Source of the DNA: an uncultured Streptococcus sp.
Lineage (GTDB): Bacteria; Bacillota; Bacilli; Lactobacillales; Streptococcaceae
Direction of reading: 5' to 3'
Length of the DNA: 46,855 bases
Assembly (NCBI GenBank): GCA_963551305.1
Contig: CAUVGG010000001.1
Coordinates: forward strand, 1-46,855
Below the pieces are notes generated by a model. The model ran no database searches and was not told where the DNA came from. It worked only from the letters and a program-made list of their open reading frames with translations. Every line of letters begins with the position of its first letter. Positions within the stretch are counted from its first letter, which is position 1. This document shows, piece after piece, positions 15,348 to 26,345 of the stretch. A program made the position numbers and the translations under genes.

Positions 15348-17333
15348 TTATTTCACATGGTTTGCGAGGTCTTCTTGAGCCTTCTTATTAGACTCTTCTT
15401 TTTCTTTCAACCAGTTTTCTTGAGCTTTTTGGTACTCTTCTGTTGTTACCGCCTTGTCTTGTACATCTAGGTATTTATACAAGAGGGCTTCGCTCGTACC
15501 CTTGTTACCAGAGTATGCAAACGGAAGTGTAAATGGTACCATCTTAGACAACATTGGACGACCAGTTTGAGAAGTTGTTGGGATGAGCAAGGCACTGTCT
15601 GTTAACCAAGCTTGGGCAGCAGCATATTTTTCATAACGTTTTGAAACGTCAGTAGTTTCTTCCCCAGCTTCCACAACCATTTTTTCGTAGTCTTCCAAAC
15701 CAACTTGCTTGGCAGCAGCGTTGTTTGTTCCTGAGTCAAATCCTAGGTAAGTCTTTGTATTTTCCCCTACAGATGGTTTGATAATATCAAGGTAGGTAGA
15801 AGGGTCTGCAAAGTCTGGAGACCAACCCACGTTATCTGAGATATCCCAGTCTTCTCCAGCCGCAGTTTCAGCAAAGTAAGTAATGTTCAAGACATCGTCT
15901 TTTTGAAGTTGTTGGATATCGACAACCACATTATCAGATCCTAAGTTTTCTTCAACTGACTGTTTAAAAGATTGGACACGTTGAACTTTTGTTGTATTGG
16001 TTTGGTCTACAGGCATGTCCAAGTGGATTGGGAATTTCACACCTTCCGCTTGGAGAGCTGTCTTAGCTTTAGCAAACTCTGCTTTGGCCTTATCTGGGTT
16101 GTAGAGTCCATCTTGAGCATCATCCAAGTTCACGTTACTCCACTCGTCACCATAAGTCACCAATTTTTCTTTGACCATTTCGCCAAAGTTCTTTCCATCT
16201 GCCTGTACAAATGTAGGAGGAACAAATAAGTTACGAAGCAGTTTAGTTGCCCCGCTTGCACCATTTACTTGAGAAGCATAGGCTGTTCTATCGAAACCAA
16301 AAGCAAGAGCTTGACGGAAGTCTTTGTTTAGAAGAGCTTTCTTGGTTGATGTTTTTTCTTCATCCGTTGTCTTAGAAGTGTACTTATAAGACTGACGATC
16401 AATATTCGTACCTACTAAATAAGTAGTAGAGTCTTGTTGTGTATAAACAATATTGTCTTTAAATGCTTTTTCAGTCTCTGCGTAGCTAGCGCTTGTTGGG
16501 AAGAGACGAGCCATTGTAAAGCTGCCGTCTTTGAAAGCTTCAGTTGGTTTGTTGGTATCTTGTCCATCCCAGAATGATAATTTAACCTTATCGATATGGA
16601 CATTGTCCTTATCCCAGTAGTTAGGATTTTTCGCAAATTCGACAGAAGATTTAGCTACAATTGATTTGAGTAAGAATGGACCATTGTAGAGAATACTGCT
16701 TGAATCAGTTCCCTTAGCGAAGTCATCCCCTTTGGAGTTCAAGAATTCTTCATTTACTGGAGCCAAAACTCCCATCGTTGTCTTAGAATTCCAGAAGCTT
16801 TCTGGCTTGTTCAATGTGTACTGAACTGTATAATCATCAAGGGCCTTAATTCCTACTTGAGAGAAGTCTGTAATTTCTCCTTTAACATAGGCGTCCAATC
16901 CTTTGATTGATTCTTGAACTAAATAAAGACCATCAGATTTTTTATCAGCAGCATATTTAAGTCCTGTTACAAAGTCTTGAGCTTTGACTTCTGCGTATTC
17001 CTCACCTTCAGAGGTATACCATTTTGCATCCTTACGAAGCGTATATGTGTAAGTCAAGCCGTCCTTAGATACAGACCAATCCTCAGCCATAGATGGCACA
17101 AAGTTACCATAGCGGTCATTTTCGAGCAAGCCATCGATAACATTGCTCGTAATATTTGCTGTAGCTGCCTTACCAGTTGTCAAATAGTTTAGGTTATCAG
17201 GATCCGTTTCATAAATGTATGAGAATGTCTTCTCACCTTTAGCACTTGAACCTGATCCAGAGCACGCAGCCAGAGTACCAGCTGCCAATAATGTCACACC
17301 CGCAAGGGCAAGTAATTTTGAACTTTTCATCAT
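15348..17333 (-). CDS. aliA: Oligopeptide ABC transporter substrate-binding lipoprotein AliA
   Basis: Lipobox LAAC; SBP family 5 motifs (DGLLENDRYGNFVPSMAEDW); canonical downstream flank of cps. Confidence 0.92.
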   Translation of the reverse strand: MMKSSKLLALAGVTLLAAGTLAACSGSGSSAKGEKTFSYIYETDPDNLNYLTTGKAATANITSNVIDGLLENDRYGNFVPSMAEDWSVSKDGLTYTYTLRKDAKWYTSEGEEYAEVKAQDFVTGLKYAADKKSDGLYLVQESIKGLDAYVKGEITDFSQVGIKALDDYTVQYTLNKPESFWNSKTTMGVLAPVNEEFLNSKGDDFAKGTDSSSILYNGPFLLKSIVAKSSVEFAKNPNYWDKDNVHIDKVKLSFWDGQDTNKPTEAFKDGSFTMARLFPTSASYAETEKAFKDNIVYTQQDSTTYLVGTNIDRQSYKYTSKTTDEEKTSTKKALLNKDFRQALAFGFDRTAYASQVNGASGATKLLRNLFVPPTFVQADGKNFGEMVKEKLVTYGDEWSNVNLDDAQDGLYNPDKAKAEFAKAKTALQAEGVKFPIHLDMPVDQTNTTKVQRVQSFKQSVEENLGSDNVVVDIQQLQKDDVLNITYFAETAAGEDWDISDNVGWSPDFADPSTYLDIIKPSVGENTKTYLGFDSGTNNAAAKQVGLEDYEKMVVEAGEETTDVSKRYEKYAAAQAWLTDSALLIPTTSQTGRPMLSKMVPFTLPFAYSGNKGTSEALLYKYLDVQDKAVTTEEYQKAQENWLKEKEESNKKAQEDLANHVK

Positions 17334-17357
17334 TTTCTCCTTTAAAATTTACATCCC

Positions 17358-17432
17358 ATTATAGACTCTTTTCAGAAAGTTGTCGACAGAATTTTCAGAA
17401 TTTTTGAATGATTTTAGCATTTTCTGAAAAAT
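17358..17432 (-). promoter_or_regulatory. aliA promoter with CodY boxes
   Basis: TCGACA-17-TATAAT (17386-17358); AATTTTCAGAATTTT (17390-17404) and CATTTTCTGAAAAAT (17418-17432) are each 2 mismatches from AATTTTCWGAAAATT; aliA is a known CodY target in pneumococcus. Confidence 0.7.
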
Positions 17433-17512
17433 ATTTTTCAATAAATTCTAAAGCATAGAAACAGATTATTTATCCTTATCAAGAATAAAATAATCGTACA
17501 CATACTATTTTA

Positions 17513-18745
17513 TTAGTCGCGCTTAAATATATCCCGACTATAAACTTTATCTGATACATCCTCTAGCAAGGCATCAAAACGATTGGCTACAATAACGTTA
17601 CTATCTTTTTTAAATTTATCTAGATTATTTACCACTTTATTACCAAAGAATGTTTCCCCGTCATTCAAAGTTGGCTCGTAGATGATAACCGTAACTCCCT
17701 TAGCTTTCAAGCGTTTCATAACACCTTGAATAGATGAGTGACGGAAGTTATCCGAATTACTTTTCATTGTTAAACGATAAATACCTATAACAATCTCTTG
17801 TATATTCTTAAATGCATCTAAACTATCAGTTTCAGATACTCCAGCTTTTTCTAAAATCCGTTGAGCAATGAAATCCTTACGCGTTCGATTGCTTTCAACA
17901 GTTGCCGTCATCATATTTTGTGGTACATCAAAGTAATTTGCTAATAACTGCTTACTATCTTTAGGTAAACAATACCCACCGTAGCCAAAGGACGGATTGT
18001 TATAATGATTTCCGATACGTGGATCTAGGCCAATACCATCAATAATGGCTTTTGTATCCAAACCTTTCACCTCTGCATAAGTATCCAATTCATTAAAGTA
18101 AGAAACACGCAACGCAAGGTAGGTATTGGCAAATAATTTAACTGCCTCAGCTTCCGTTACTCCCATGAAAAGTGTATCTATATCCTCTTTAATAGCTCCC
18201 TCTTTTAGTAGGGAAGCAAACATACTAGCTTTTTCTTTTAAATAAGTATCTTCTAAGTCAGTTCCAACAATGATGCGACTTGGATACAGGTTATCGTATA
18301 ATGCTTTAGATTCGCGTAAAAATTCTGGACTAAATAGGATATTTTTATACTGATATTTCTTTCGAACAGACTCTGTGAATCCGACAGGGATTGTAGATTT
18401 AATAATTATTACCGCTTTCGGATTAATTTCTTTTACTTGTTGAATGACCGCCTCTACTGCTGATGTATCAAAAAAGTTCTTTTTCGAATCATAATTTGTC
18501 GGTGCTGCAATAACAACAAATTCTGCATCTTCATAAGCATGCTTAGCATCCAAAGTTGCTTCCAAGTTTAAATCTTTTTCCACTAAGTATTTTTCAATAT
18601 AATCATCCTGAATTGGAGACTTTTTTTGATTGATTAATTCAACTTTTTCAGCAACAATATCAACTGCTTTTATTTCGTGATGTTGTGCCAACAACACAGC
18701 AATTGACAATCCTACATAACCTGTTCCTGCTACCGCTATTTTCAT
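17513..18745 (-). CDS. ugd: UDP-glucose 6-dehydrogenase
   Basis: GTGYVG Rossmann motif, FSPEFLRE, catalytic [10 protein letters not shown]. Confidence 0.95.
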   Translation of the reverse strand: MKIAVAGTGYVGLSIAVLLAQHHEIKAVDIVAEKVELINQKKSPIQDDYIEKYLVEKDLNLEATLDAKHAYEDAEFVVIAAPTNYDSKKNFFDTSAVEAVIQQVKEINPKAVIIIKSTIPVGFTESVRKKYQYKNILFSPEFLRESKALYDNLYPSRIIVGTDLEDTYLKEKASMFASLLKEGAIKEDIDTLFMGVTEAEAVKLFANTYLALRVSYFNELDTYAEVKGLDTKAIIDGIGLDPRIGNHYNNPSFGYGGYCLPKDSKQLLANYFDVPQNMMTATVESNRTRKDFIAQRILEKAGVSETDSLDAFKNIQEIVIGIYRLTMKSNSDNFRHSSIQGVMKRLKAKGVTVIIYEPTLNDGETFFGNKVVNNLDKFKKDSNVIVANRFDALLEDVSDKVYSRDIFKRD

Positions 18746-18781
18746 AATTACCTCCGTTACTGCTACAAAAACAACTTATTG

Positions 18782-19981
18782 TTAGATTTCTTTATCTAAA
18801 TACAGATTAGTAAACTTTTCACTTTGTTTTTCGATAGAATAAATATCAATATTCTCAAGAATGCATTGATAATAGACATTGTAGTTTTCCATTTCTACAA
18901 ATTTCTTTAAAAGACTATATAATGTATTCCCCGATTCATCTGTAAAAATTTCTCCTCCTCCTACTGTTTGCACAATTTCAGGTAATCCACCTCTATCTGA
19001 AGTGATGACAGGAAGGCCATTTGCATTTCCTTCAATTACCACTCTACCAAACGGTTCATCCCAAGCAGATGGGACGACCAATACATCCGAATTTTGATAA
19101 GTTTTATAGAGGGTTTCTGTATCTTGAAAGCCTAAATATTGTATTCTAGGATCACTCTCAATTTCTTTTTGAAGTTTTTCTAAATCTTTTCCTTTTCCTA
19201 CAATTTTCAAAGAAATTTCCGGACTAGTTAGTTTTTTAAAAGCCTTTACTAAGTTAAAAACGCCCTTTATTTCAAGTATAGATCCTACAAAAAGAAAATT
19301 CGTTTTCTCTGGATTTCTTTTTGTTTCTTGCTTTTGTTTGATAATATTTTCCAATTTACTCTTTGAAAATGGAACAGCATTTTCAATGACCATACATTTT
19401 TGAGAAGATGGGTTAATAAATCCTTTATTGATAAAATTATTCAAAGTAAATGCTGATGGTGCTGTTACTATGTCTAAGTGTCTTAAACTTTTCTTAACAA
19501 AAGGTCTATATATTCTATTTAGAAGTTTGATAAGAGAAATATCTTTCTCACCCCATGGATATTCTAGCCAATAGTCTCGCAAGGTCCAAACGGTCCTGAT
19601 ATTTCTCTTTTTAGCTTCTTTAACTATTGATAAAGACATTCCTGAAATTGTATTAAAGTGAACAATATCTGGCTGTACTTCCTCAATGATATTGATAAAT
19701 TTTCTTTTTGCAAATACATTATAGGTTTCAAATATTTTATAGAAAAAATGTTTAGCTGGATTCTTCTTAGCACTGAAAATATAGTGAAGACTGAAAAGCG
19801 GAGTTCTTCTTCTAAAAACCTTAACCCCATTAATAACTTCCTCAATATCTGAATCAATGGCATCATCAGAGTATGCAAATACCTCATGTCCTTCTTTTAC
19901 AAGTTGTTCAGCTAGAAATCTGGTACTCTTTTGTGCACCTCCTTCTTCATTATAAAACATATTCACAAATAAAATTTTCAC
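18782..19981 (-). CDS. wcjC: GT4 glycosyltransferase (WcjC-like)
   Basis: EPFGRVVIE (E-x7-E) GT4 motif; sits between wzx and ugd as in serogroup 9 loci; symbol assigned by synteny. Confidence 0.75.
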   Translation of the reverse strand: MKILFVNMFYNEEGGAQKSTRFLAEQLVKEGHEVFAYSDDAIDSDIEEVINGVKVFRRRTPLFSLHYIFSAKKNPAKHFFYKIFETYNVFAKRKFINIIEEVQPDIVHFNTISGMSLSIVKEAKKRNIRTVWTLRDYWLEYPWGEKDISLIKLLNRIYRPFVKKSLRHLDIVTAPSAFTLNNFINKGFINPSSQKCMVIENAVPFSKSKLENIIKQKQETKRNPEKTNFLFVGSILEIKGVFNLVKAFKKLTSPEISLKIVGKGKDLEKLQKEIESDPRIQYLGFQDTETLYKTYQNSDVLVVPSAWDEPFGRVVIEGNANGLPVITSDRGGLPEIVQTVGGGEIFTDESGNTLYSLLKKFVEMENYNVYYQCILENIDIYSIEKQSEKFTNLYLDKEI

Positions 19982-19993
19982 AAAATTACTCCT

Positions 19994-21418
19994 TTATTTT
20001 CTTATAACCGCGAAGACTCGTCGATACTCTCCGCTAATATACATCCCAATTCCCCATATTAAAAATAAAATAACAAGCTGAACTGCTAAATGTAAAATAA
20101 GGTCGTTTACAAAATTCGAGATAAACAAATTAAACACAATATAGGGACTGATAATTGTCAAATTAATTAATATCGGTTTTATATATTTTTGAGCAGAAAT
20201 ATTTAATACTTTTTTTGTTAAGTAAAGAGTATTGATTGCTAAACTAAGACTGAAAGAAATCAAAAGCATGTACGCAACACTTTGGATGCTTTGCAACATT
20301 ACACCAATAACAATAGCTAAAATATTAATAAAAGATGTCAATAAGCCAATTCTAAACAGTAACTTTGTCTGATTGGTAGCTTGGTAAAATGCACCAGTAG
20401 GACTATTAGCCATTTGTAACCAAATTGTTGCTGCTAATATTTGAAACACTGGAACGCTTTGGGACCAATTATCTCCAAACATAAATGTAACAACATATTG
20501 AGCATTAAAATATAAATAAGCCGAAATAGGTATGCCAACTATTACGAATATTCTAGAAATCTGAAGATAAACTTCGCCTATCTTACTGATATTATCTTGA
20601 AAATTGGACATAATAGGATGCAATACTGGTGTCACAACCTGTGATAAAATTTGATTAGGGTACAAAGATAATTGATAAGCCTTATCATAATAACCAAGAT
20701 CTGACGGGCTAATCAATCGTCCAATTAATAAATTGTCTAAATTTCTAGCAAAATAATTCCAAAAATTAAACAAAAATTGGAATTTTGAAAACTCAAAAAT
20801 TTTACCAACAGAACTTTTTGAAACTTTCCAATAGAAATTTATCTTTGCTTTAGAATATAAAGCGACAAATAAAACCATTGCTTTTACAATATTAGAAAAA
20901 ATTAGAGAATAGACACCAAAATGTGATACCGCTAAAATAACGCCCACCAAGCCACTAATAATGTTAGAAAAAACAGTTAGAAAATTAACTATTTTAAAGT
21001 TCATCGTTTTCATTAGAATAGCTTGTGGTACAATTGTAATGGTATAAAATAAAACACAAAGACCTAAAAGCGGGAATAAACTAACATAAATAGTTTCGCC
21101 GTATAACACCCCCATAGGATATCCTAGTAAAGCAAAAATACAAGAAAGTACGATTCCACTATAAATCGTTAATGAGAAAATGCTGATTAAATCTGACTTA
21201 TTCAGTTCTTTATTTTGAACAATAGCAGGTCCTATTCCTGAATCTGCTAACATTTGAAAAAATAAAAGAAATACATTTACTACTGCTACGATACCATATT
21301 CTACAGGTGAGATAATCCGACTAAGAATTGCTGTTACAAGTAATTGAATAACTACATTCGAATACTTCCCTATTGCAGTATAGAAAATTCCACGTTTCAA
21401 ATTTTTTTCAACATTCAT
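19994..21418 (-). CDS. wzx: Polysaccharide flippase
   Basis: Many TM segments; PST-family features (ADSGIGPAIVQ, NLDNLLIGR, LGYYDKAYQL). Confidence 0.9.
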   Translation of the reverse strand: MNVEKNLKRGIFYTAIGKYSNVVIQLLVTAILSRIISPVEYGIVAVVNVFLLFFQMLADSGIGPAIVQNKELNKSDLISIFSLTIYSGIVLSCIFALLGYPMGVLYGETIYVSLFPLLGLCVLFYTITIVPQAILMKTMNFKIVNFLTVFSNIISGLVGVILAVSHFGVYSLIFSNIVKAMVLFVALYSKAKINFYWKVSKSSVGKIFEFSKFQFLFNFWNYFARNLDNLLIGRLISPSDLGYYDKAYQLSLYPNQILSQVVTPVLHPIMSNFQDNISKIGEVYLQISRIFVIVGIPISAYLYFNAQYVVTFMFGDNWSQSVPVFQILAATIWLQMANSPTGAFYQATNQTKLLFRIGLLTSFINILAIVIGVMLQSIQSVAYMLLISFSLSLAINTLYLTKKVLNISAQKYIKPILINLTIISPYIVFNLFISNFVNDLILHLAVQLVILFLIWGIGMYISGEYRRVFAVIRK

Positions 21419-22287
21419 TATTTAGCCTCTGTAAAATTAATTTGATAATACTCAACCATATTTCTAATACATTTATCATTGTTGTTATCATATACGGCAT
21501 TCAAATATACCAAACTCTCCTCAGGATTGTCATCTATAGTTAATGGTGTCCCTTTATATCGTGTCGCTTTTACTGTTTTAATTCCATTTTTAACTACTAA
21601 AAAATTCAACCATACATCATCAGCTAGAAAACTGAGTTCCCTGATATTTTTTTTATTAAAAAGATCCTCATTGCGAGTACATGGAGGAAATAATGTCCCA
21701 CCCCCGCTAGTAAAAAAATTTAAATACGATGGTATAGTAGCTCCTGATATTTCATATTCCCATTGATTATATGGATATAAACTTCCATCAGAAAACAACT
21801 TAATTCGATGACATCGCATTGCCGAAACACATTGTGGATAAATTCTATAGGACGCAATCAGTTTCTTTATAGTATTTCGAGGATAAATAATATCGTCATC
21901 AACTAGAACAACTATACTGTTCGGATTATCTCTCATAGCATAATAATATTTTTTGTGTGAACGAAGATTCTCATCCACATAGACAATTTCCAAACCATTT
22001 TTGATTTCAAGTTCTAGAATACTCTCCAAATTAATGCCTTCAAATTCATCTTTATAAACATACATAATAAAACGGTTAGGGATAATTGTCTGATTGAAAA
22101 TACTTTTAATCATACTTGGTAAATAATTAAGACGACTTGGAATTGTTGTAAACGAAACAATTAGTTCATTTTCTAAATTGGCCTTTTCACCCAAAATGTC
22201 AACCGTTTTTTTACTAAAAACTTGTAGATAAATTTTTTTATATAATCTAAATAGTCGATAATAGATGGCATTAAGTAACTTGCTCAT
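21418..22287 (-). CDS. wcjB: GT-A fold glycosyltransferase (WcjB-like), 289 aa
   Basis: IVSFTTIPSR, LVDDDIIYP (DxD); start moved to ATG 22287 (MSKLL) after a GGAGAGGAG RBS; symbol by synteny. Confidence 0.7.
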   Translation of the reverse strand: MSKLLNAIYYRLFRLYKKIYLQVFSKKTVDILGEKANLENELIVSFTTIPSRLNYLPSMIKSIFNQTIIPNRFIMYVYKDEFEGINLESILELEIKNGLEIVYVDENLRSHKKYYYAMRDNPNSIVVLVDDDIIYPRNTIKKLIASYRIYPQCVSAMRCHRIKLFSDGSLYPYNQWEYEISGATIPSYLNFFTSGGGTLFPPCTRNEDLFNKKNIRELSFLADDVWLNFLVVKNGIKTVKATRYKGTPLTIDDNPEESLVYLNAVYDNNNDKCIRNMVEYYQINFTEAK

Positions 22288-23413
22288 GCAACTTCTCCTC
22301 TCCACGTGGCCAATATACACAAAGAACAATAATTAACAGCAAAATGCCAACAGATGAAGTCTCCATTGTGATATAAATCATAAATGAGGCTAACATAGCC
22401 AACAGTGTTTTTGATTTTATTCTATATTTTCCAAGAAACAGATTCATAAGAAGCACTATAAATAAAACACCTGGAAATATACCCGTTCGAGCAAATATAT
22501 CTAGCAAGGTATTATGTGCTGAATTAACGATAATCCCATTTGTCCAAGCAATAAAATTAACGTTGAGCCCTCGTCCAAACCAAAAATTCTCTTCAAAAAT
22601 ACGAATCGCTAATTGCCAAATATTGATACGTCCTGAAAAAGTTGCATTTTTGGAAAAAATCGCTGTAAAAGTTGATAAAATTGTACTTTGTGAAAAGATT
22701 ATAGAAAGACTAAAACAAACATATGCAGCCATACTGACTAAAGAATACAGTTTTCCTATATTCTCCTTTAATCCCAACAGACGTATGAAAATAAAGAAAA
22801 TATAGCAGATAATTGCTGTACTGGACTGTGTTAAAAATGATAAAATTCCGAACAATCCTATAAACATAATCTCCTTTAGTGATATGAACTCATTCATTTT
22901 TTTATTTAATAAGTAAAAACTACCTAATCCAACAATGATATACGGGGTAGCTATGTTCTTCCTTCCTAAAAAGTAAAGTCTATTATCTCCTGTAGGGTGC
23001 AAAGAATCGAAACCGACCGGAAAAAGCAATTGAGTTATTACTTGAATACACAAAAACAAGATAAAGGTTAAAAAGAGGCTTTTTATTGTTGTTTTACAAT
23101 CCAACAATAAAAAGTGTTTCAAAAATAAATATAGTCCTAAAAAGAAAAACTGACCTCCAACGTAGTTAAAGTACAACGTTTGGCTTTGAAAAGCTGCAAA
23201 TACTTGAAAAAATAAAAATAGAACAACTAGAACATCAATCAGTGTTACTTTATGCTGTAAAAAAACTTTTGGAATATAATAAAAAGTCACAAATAGCTTA
23301 ACTAAAGTAGAAAGTAAAGCAAATAAAGTCGCCATTGATACGACTGTGAAAAAGCTGGGTAGAAAATATGCCAGCAACACACAGATTATATATATTTCTC
23401 TTTTTGTCATCAA
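22271..23413 (-). CDS. wzy: Repeat-unit polymerase
   Basis: Highly hydrophobic; TFSGRINIW and SAHNTLLD Wzy_C motifs. Confidence 0.85.
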   Translation of the reverse strand: MMTKREIYIICVLLAYFLPSFFTVVSMATLFALLSTLVKLFVTFYYIPKVFLQHKVTLIDVLVVLFLFFQVFAAFQSQTLYFNYVGGQFFFLGLYLFLKHFLLLDCKTTIKSLFLTFILFLCIQVITQLLFPVGFDSLHPTGDNRLYFLGRKNIATPYIIVGLGSFYLLNKKMNEFISLKEIMFIGLFGILSFLTQSSTAIICYIFFIFIRLLGLKENIGKLYSLVSMAAYVCFSLSIIFSQSTILSTFTAIFSKNATFSGRINIWQLAIRIFEENFWFGRGLNVNFIAWTNGIIVNSAHNTLLDIFARTGIFPGVLFIVLLMNLFLGKYRIKSKTLLAMLASFMIYITMETSSVGILLLIIVLCVYWPRGEEKLHEQVT

Positions 23414-23451
23414 TCTAATTTATTCTTTCCTCATTTACAATTGAATTATTT

Positions 23452-24540
23452 TTATACTTCCAGAATAATATCAACAATCCGTTTACAAGTCATTCCATCT
23501 CCATAAGGATTGCTAGCTTTGCTCATCTTGTTATATTCTATTTCATCCTCCAGAAGAAGTTTGAAGTTACTATAAATATTCTCTTCTTCTGTTCCTACCA
23601 ACTTCAATGTGCCAGCAGCAACTCCCTCAGGACGCTCTGTTGTATCACGCATCACCAAGACAGGTTTTCCTAAAGAAGGTGCTTCTTCCTGCACACCTCC
23701 AGAATCTGTCAAAATCATATAGCTTTGATTCATAAAATTATGGAAATCAATCACCTCTAACGGTTCAATGATCTTCATTCGTTCATTATCACCAAAAACT
23801 TTACTTGCCAACTCTCGAACCTTAGGATTTTTATGGATGGGATATACAACTTTTACATCTTCAAATTCGTCTAAAATTCGATTAACAGCATTAAACATGT
23901 TTTCCATCGGTTTCCCAAGATTTTCTCGTCGATGAGCCGTTAGCATGATTAACTTGCTACCCTTTGCCCATTCTAAAATTGAGTGATGGTAGTTATCTTG
24001 AACAGTCGTCTTCAAAGCATCAATGACTGTATTTCCCGTCACAAAGATATTTTTTCTGTCCTCTCTTAGTAGATTTTCCTTTGCAACTTCAGTCGGTGCA
24101 AAATGATAGTCGGCAATGATAGAAGTTGTCTGGCGATTGAATTCCTCTGGAAATGGACTTTGGAGATTATAGGTTCTGAGACCGGCTTCGACGTGTCCCA
24201 CTTTGATTCCCATATAAAATGCTGCTAAAGCTGTCGCAAACGTTGTTGTCGTATCTCCATGAACAAGAACAATATCTGGTTTTTCTTGCTCTAGAACCGC
24301 CTGAATCTTATCCAAGATACTAGTCGTAATGGTAAATAGGGTTTGATTTGCTTTCATGATACCCAAATCATAATCTGGGACAACCTTGAACACCTCCAAA
24401 ACCTGCTCTAACATTTCCTTATGTTGACCAGTTACACACACAAGTGTCTTAATTGAATCATTTTGTTTCAGTTCATTTACTAAGGGACACATTTTGATAG
24501 CTTCTGGACGTGTCCCAAAAACCAACATGACTTTTTTCAT
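23452..24540 (-). CDS. mnaA: UDP-N-acetylglucosamine 2-epimerase (non-hydrolysing)
   Basis: FGTRPEAIK, HVEAGLR, TDSGGVQEEAP. Confidence 0.95.
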   Translation of the reverse strand: MKKVMLVFGTRPEAIKMCPLVNELKQNDSIKTLVCVTGQHKEMLEQVLEVFKVVPDYDLGIMKANQTLFTITTSILDKIQAVLEQEKPDIVLVHGDTTTTFATALAAFYMGIKVGHVEAGLRTYNLQSPFPEEFNRQTTSIIADYHFAPTEVAKENLLREDRKNIFVTGNTVIDALKTTVQDNYHHSILEWAKGSKLIMLTAHRRENLGKPMENMFNAVNRILDEFEDVKVVYPIHKNPKVRELASKVFGDNERMKIIEPLEVIDFHNFMNQSYMILTDSGGVQEEAPSLGKPVLVMRDTTERPEGVAAGTLKLVGTEEENIYSNFKLLLEDEIEYNKMSKASNPYGDGMTCKRIVDIILEV

Positions 24541-25622
24541 TTTGATTCTCCCATTAATTTTCTATAAAGTCTCCGATAGTTGTTCAAAAATAAGGAATAA
24601 CTAAATTTCGTCTCATAGTCTTTTTTTGCTTGATAAGCGAGTTTTTCTCTAAGTTTTTTGTCGGTCGCAAGCTTTTCAATCGCTCTCGCTAGGGCAACAT
24701 CATCCTTAACAGGAACAAGAATCCCATTTTTGTTATTGACTACTTCGTTCAATCCCGGAATATCCGATGCAACCATCGTTTTCCCATTCATAAATGATTC
24801 AATCGCGGCTAATCCAAACCCCTCAAATATAGACGGGAGTACACAGAAATCAAAACTATTGATACATTCAACAACATCTTTTCGATAACCTAAAAATATC
24901 ACTAATTTTTGAAGATTTAATTGTTTCACCTTGTTTTCAAGTTCATCTCGAAGCTCTCCATCTCCGACAATAAACAAAGTGATATCCTTTTGTTTCACTA
25001 AAGACATTGCATCAATTAGGTAGGTCAAACCTTTTTGCTCTGATAATCTTGCGACACAACCGACCTTAATTCCTGTATTTCCGATTACCTCATCAACTAG
25101 CTTATCAGTTTTCTCAAAAACAACCCCATTGTAGATTACTGTACTATCACTGATTCCTACATCATTTCTTAAATTATCATTAACCGCTTTACCCACAGCC
25201 ACACAATACGCATTTTTTAAGGCAGATTTGTATAATGTCAATTTATTTTTAAATACATTATGAGCAGTGTAAACATGTATTAACTTAGGATTAATGATTT
25301 TCAACAAGCGAATATAAAAGGCAGCCATCCGATGATGGGTGTGAACAATGGTAATATCGTTATTTTTGATAATTCTATACAAACTTGAAAGGATTTTTAC
25401 TATAGTTAGGGGATTCTTGCTATCAACATCTAAAATTTTATGATGTTGAACTCCTTTTGATAAAAGTTCGCTCTCCCATAGTCCACCTGTTGAAGCGACA
25501 TGGACACTGTCAAACTCATCTTTTAAATCAGTACTCAACTGGTAGACAATTCGTTCCGCACCACCAATATCCATTGTACGAGAAATATGTAGAATATTAT
25601 TTTTTTGATTTTCGCTTTTCAT
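24537..25622 (-). CDS. wcjA: GT4 glycosyltransferase (WcjA-like)
   Basis: GGAER, ARLSEQKG, EGFGLAAIE; between wchO and mnaA as in serogroup 9; symbol by synteny. Confidence 0.75.
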   Translation of the reverse strand: MKSENQKNNILHISRTMDIGGAERIVYQLSTDLKDEFDSVHVASTGGLWESELLSKGVQHHKILDVDSKNPLTIVKILSSLYRIIKNNDITIVHTHHRMAAFYIRLLKIINPKLIHVYTAHNVFKNKLTLYKSALKNAYCVAVGKAVNDNLRNDVGISDSTVIYNGVVFEKTDKLVDEVIGNTGIKVGCVARLSEQKGLTYLIDAMSLVKQKDITLFIVGDGELRDELENKVKQLNLQKLVIFLGYRKDVVECINSFDFCVLPSIFEGFGLAAIESFMNGKTMVASDIPGLNEVVNNKNGILVPVKDDVALARAIEKLATDKKLREKLAYQAKKDYETKFSYSLFLNNYRRLYRKLMGESK

Positions 25623-26340
25623 CTAAAACTCGCTTAATAAAAGTAACATTCCCTACAAAATAACGCTTAAAAAGGCGTTTGGGTTCATTAACCACACGGA
25701 ACAACCATTCCAGATTCAATTTTTGCATCCATAATGGAGCTCGTTTAATGTGTCCTGATAATACATCAAAACTGCCACCAACACCCATAAAAACAGTATT
25801 AATCCCATTATCCATGAATGATTGGATGATATATTCCTTTTTAGGAGAAGTAATCCCTACAAATACAAAATCTGGTTTTCTCTCCTTAATATCTTCCTGA
25901 ATCTTTTTTTCATCTTCAGGTGAAAAATATCCGTTTCTATAACCAACAACATTAAGATTAGGATATCTTTGTTTAAAAGCTTTTAGCATATCTTGCAAAA
26001 TTTCTTCTTTGGCTCCAAAAAAGAAAACTGAGTATCCTTTTTTGTTTGATAACTCTAGCAAATTTTGCATCAAATCTATACCAGCTACTCGTTCAGGGAC
26101 AGGCGCTCCTAAAAACTTACTCGCTAAAACCACTGAAGCACCATCAGCATTAATTATTCCTGATTCATTAACGATTTTTTTGATTTTCTCATCTTCATAG
26201 CACTGATTAATTTTATCCGCGTTAACTCCCATCAAGTGCAAAGGGTTCTTCTTTAAAACATACTGTTCAACAGCATCCACTGTTTCTTTCATCGTTAATG
26301 GATCTATAGTAATTCCTAATATTTGAATTCTCTCATTCAT
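25597..26340 (-). CDS. wchO: WecG/TagA/CpsF-family beta-ManNAc transferase
   Basis: ADGASVV, ERVAGIDL, GVGGSFDV, KRAP, LEWLFR. Confidence 0.88.
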   Translation of the reverse strand: MNERIQILGITIDPLTMKETVDAVEQYVLKKNPLHLMGVNADKINQCYEDEKIKKIVNESGIINADGASVVLASKFLGAPVPERVAGIDLMQNLLELSNKKGYSVFFFGAKEEILQDMLKAFKQRYPNLNVVGYRNGYFSPEDEKKIQEDIKERKPDFVFVGITSPKKEYIIQSFMDNGINTVFMGVGGSFDVLSGHIKRAPLWMQKLNLEWLFRVVNEPKRLFKRYFVGNVTFIKRVLDEKRKSKK

Positions 26341-26345
26341 ATGAA

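Noticed and set aside
17433..17512. AT-rich inverted repeats and a tiny ORF after ugd, as a terminator or wcjE remnant
   Set aside because: Stems are almost entirely A/T, there is no RBS, and I see no resemblance to an acyltransferase
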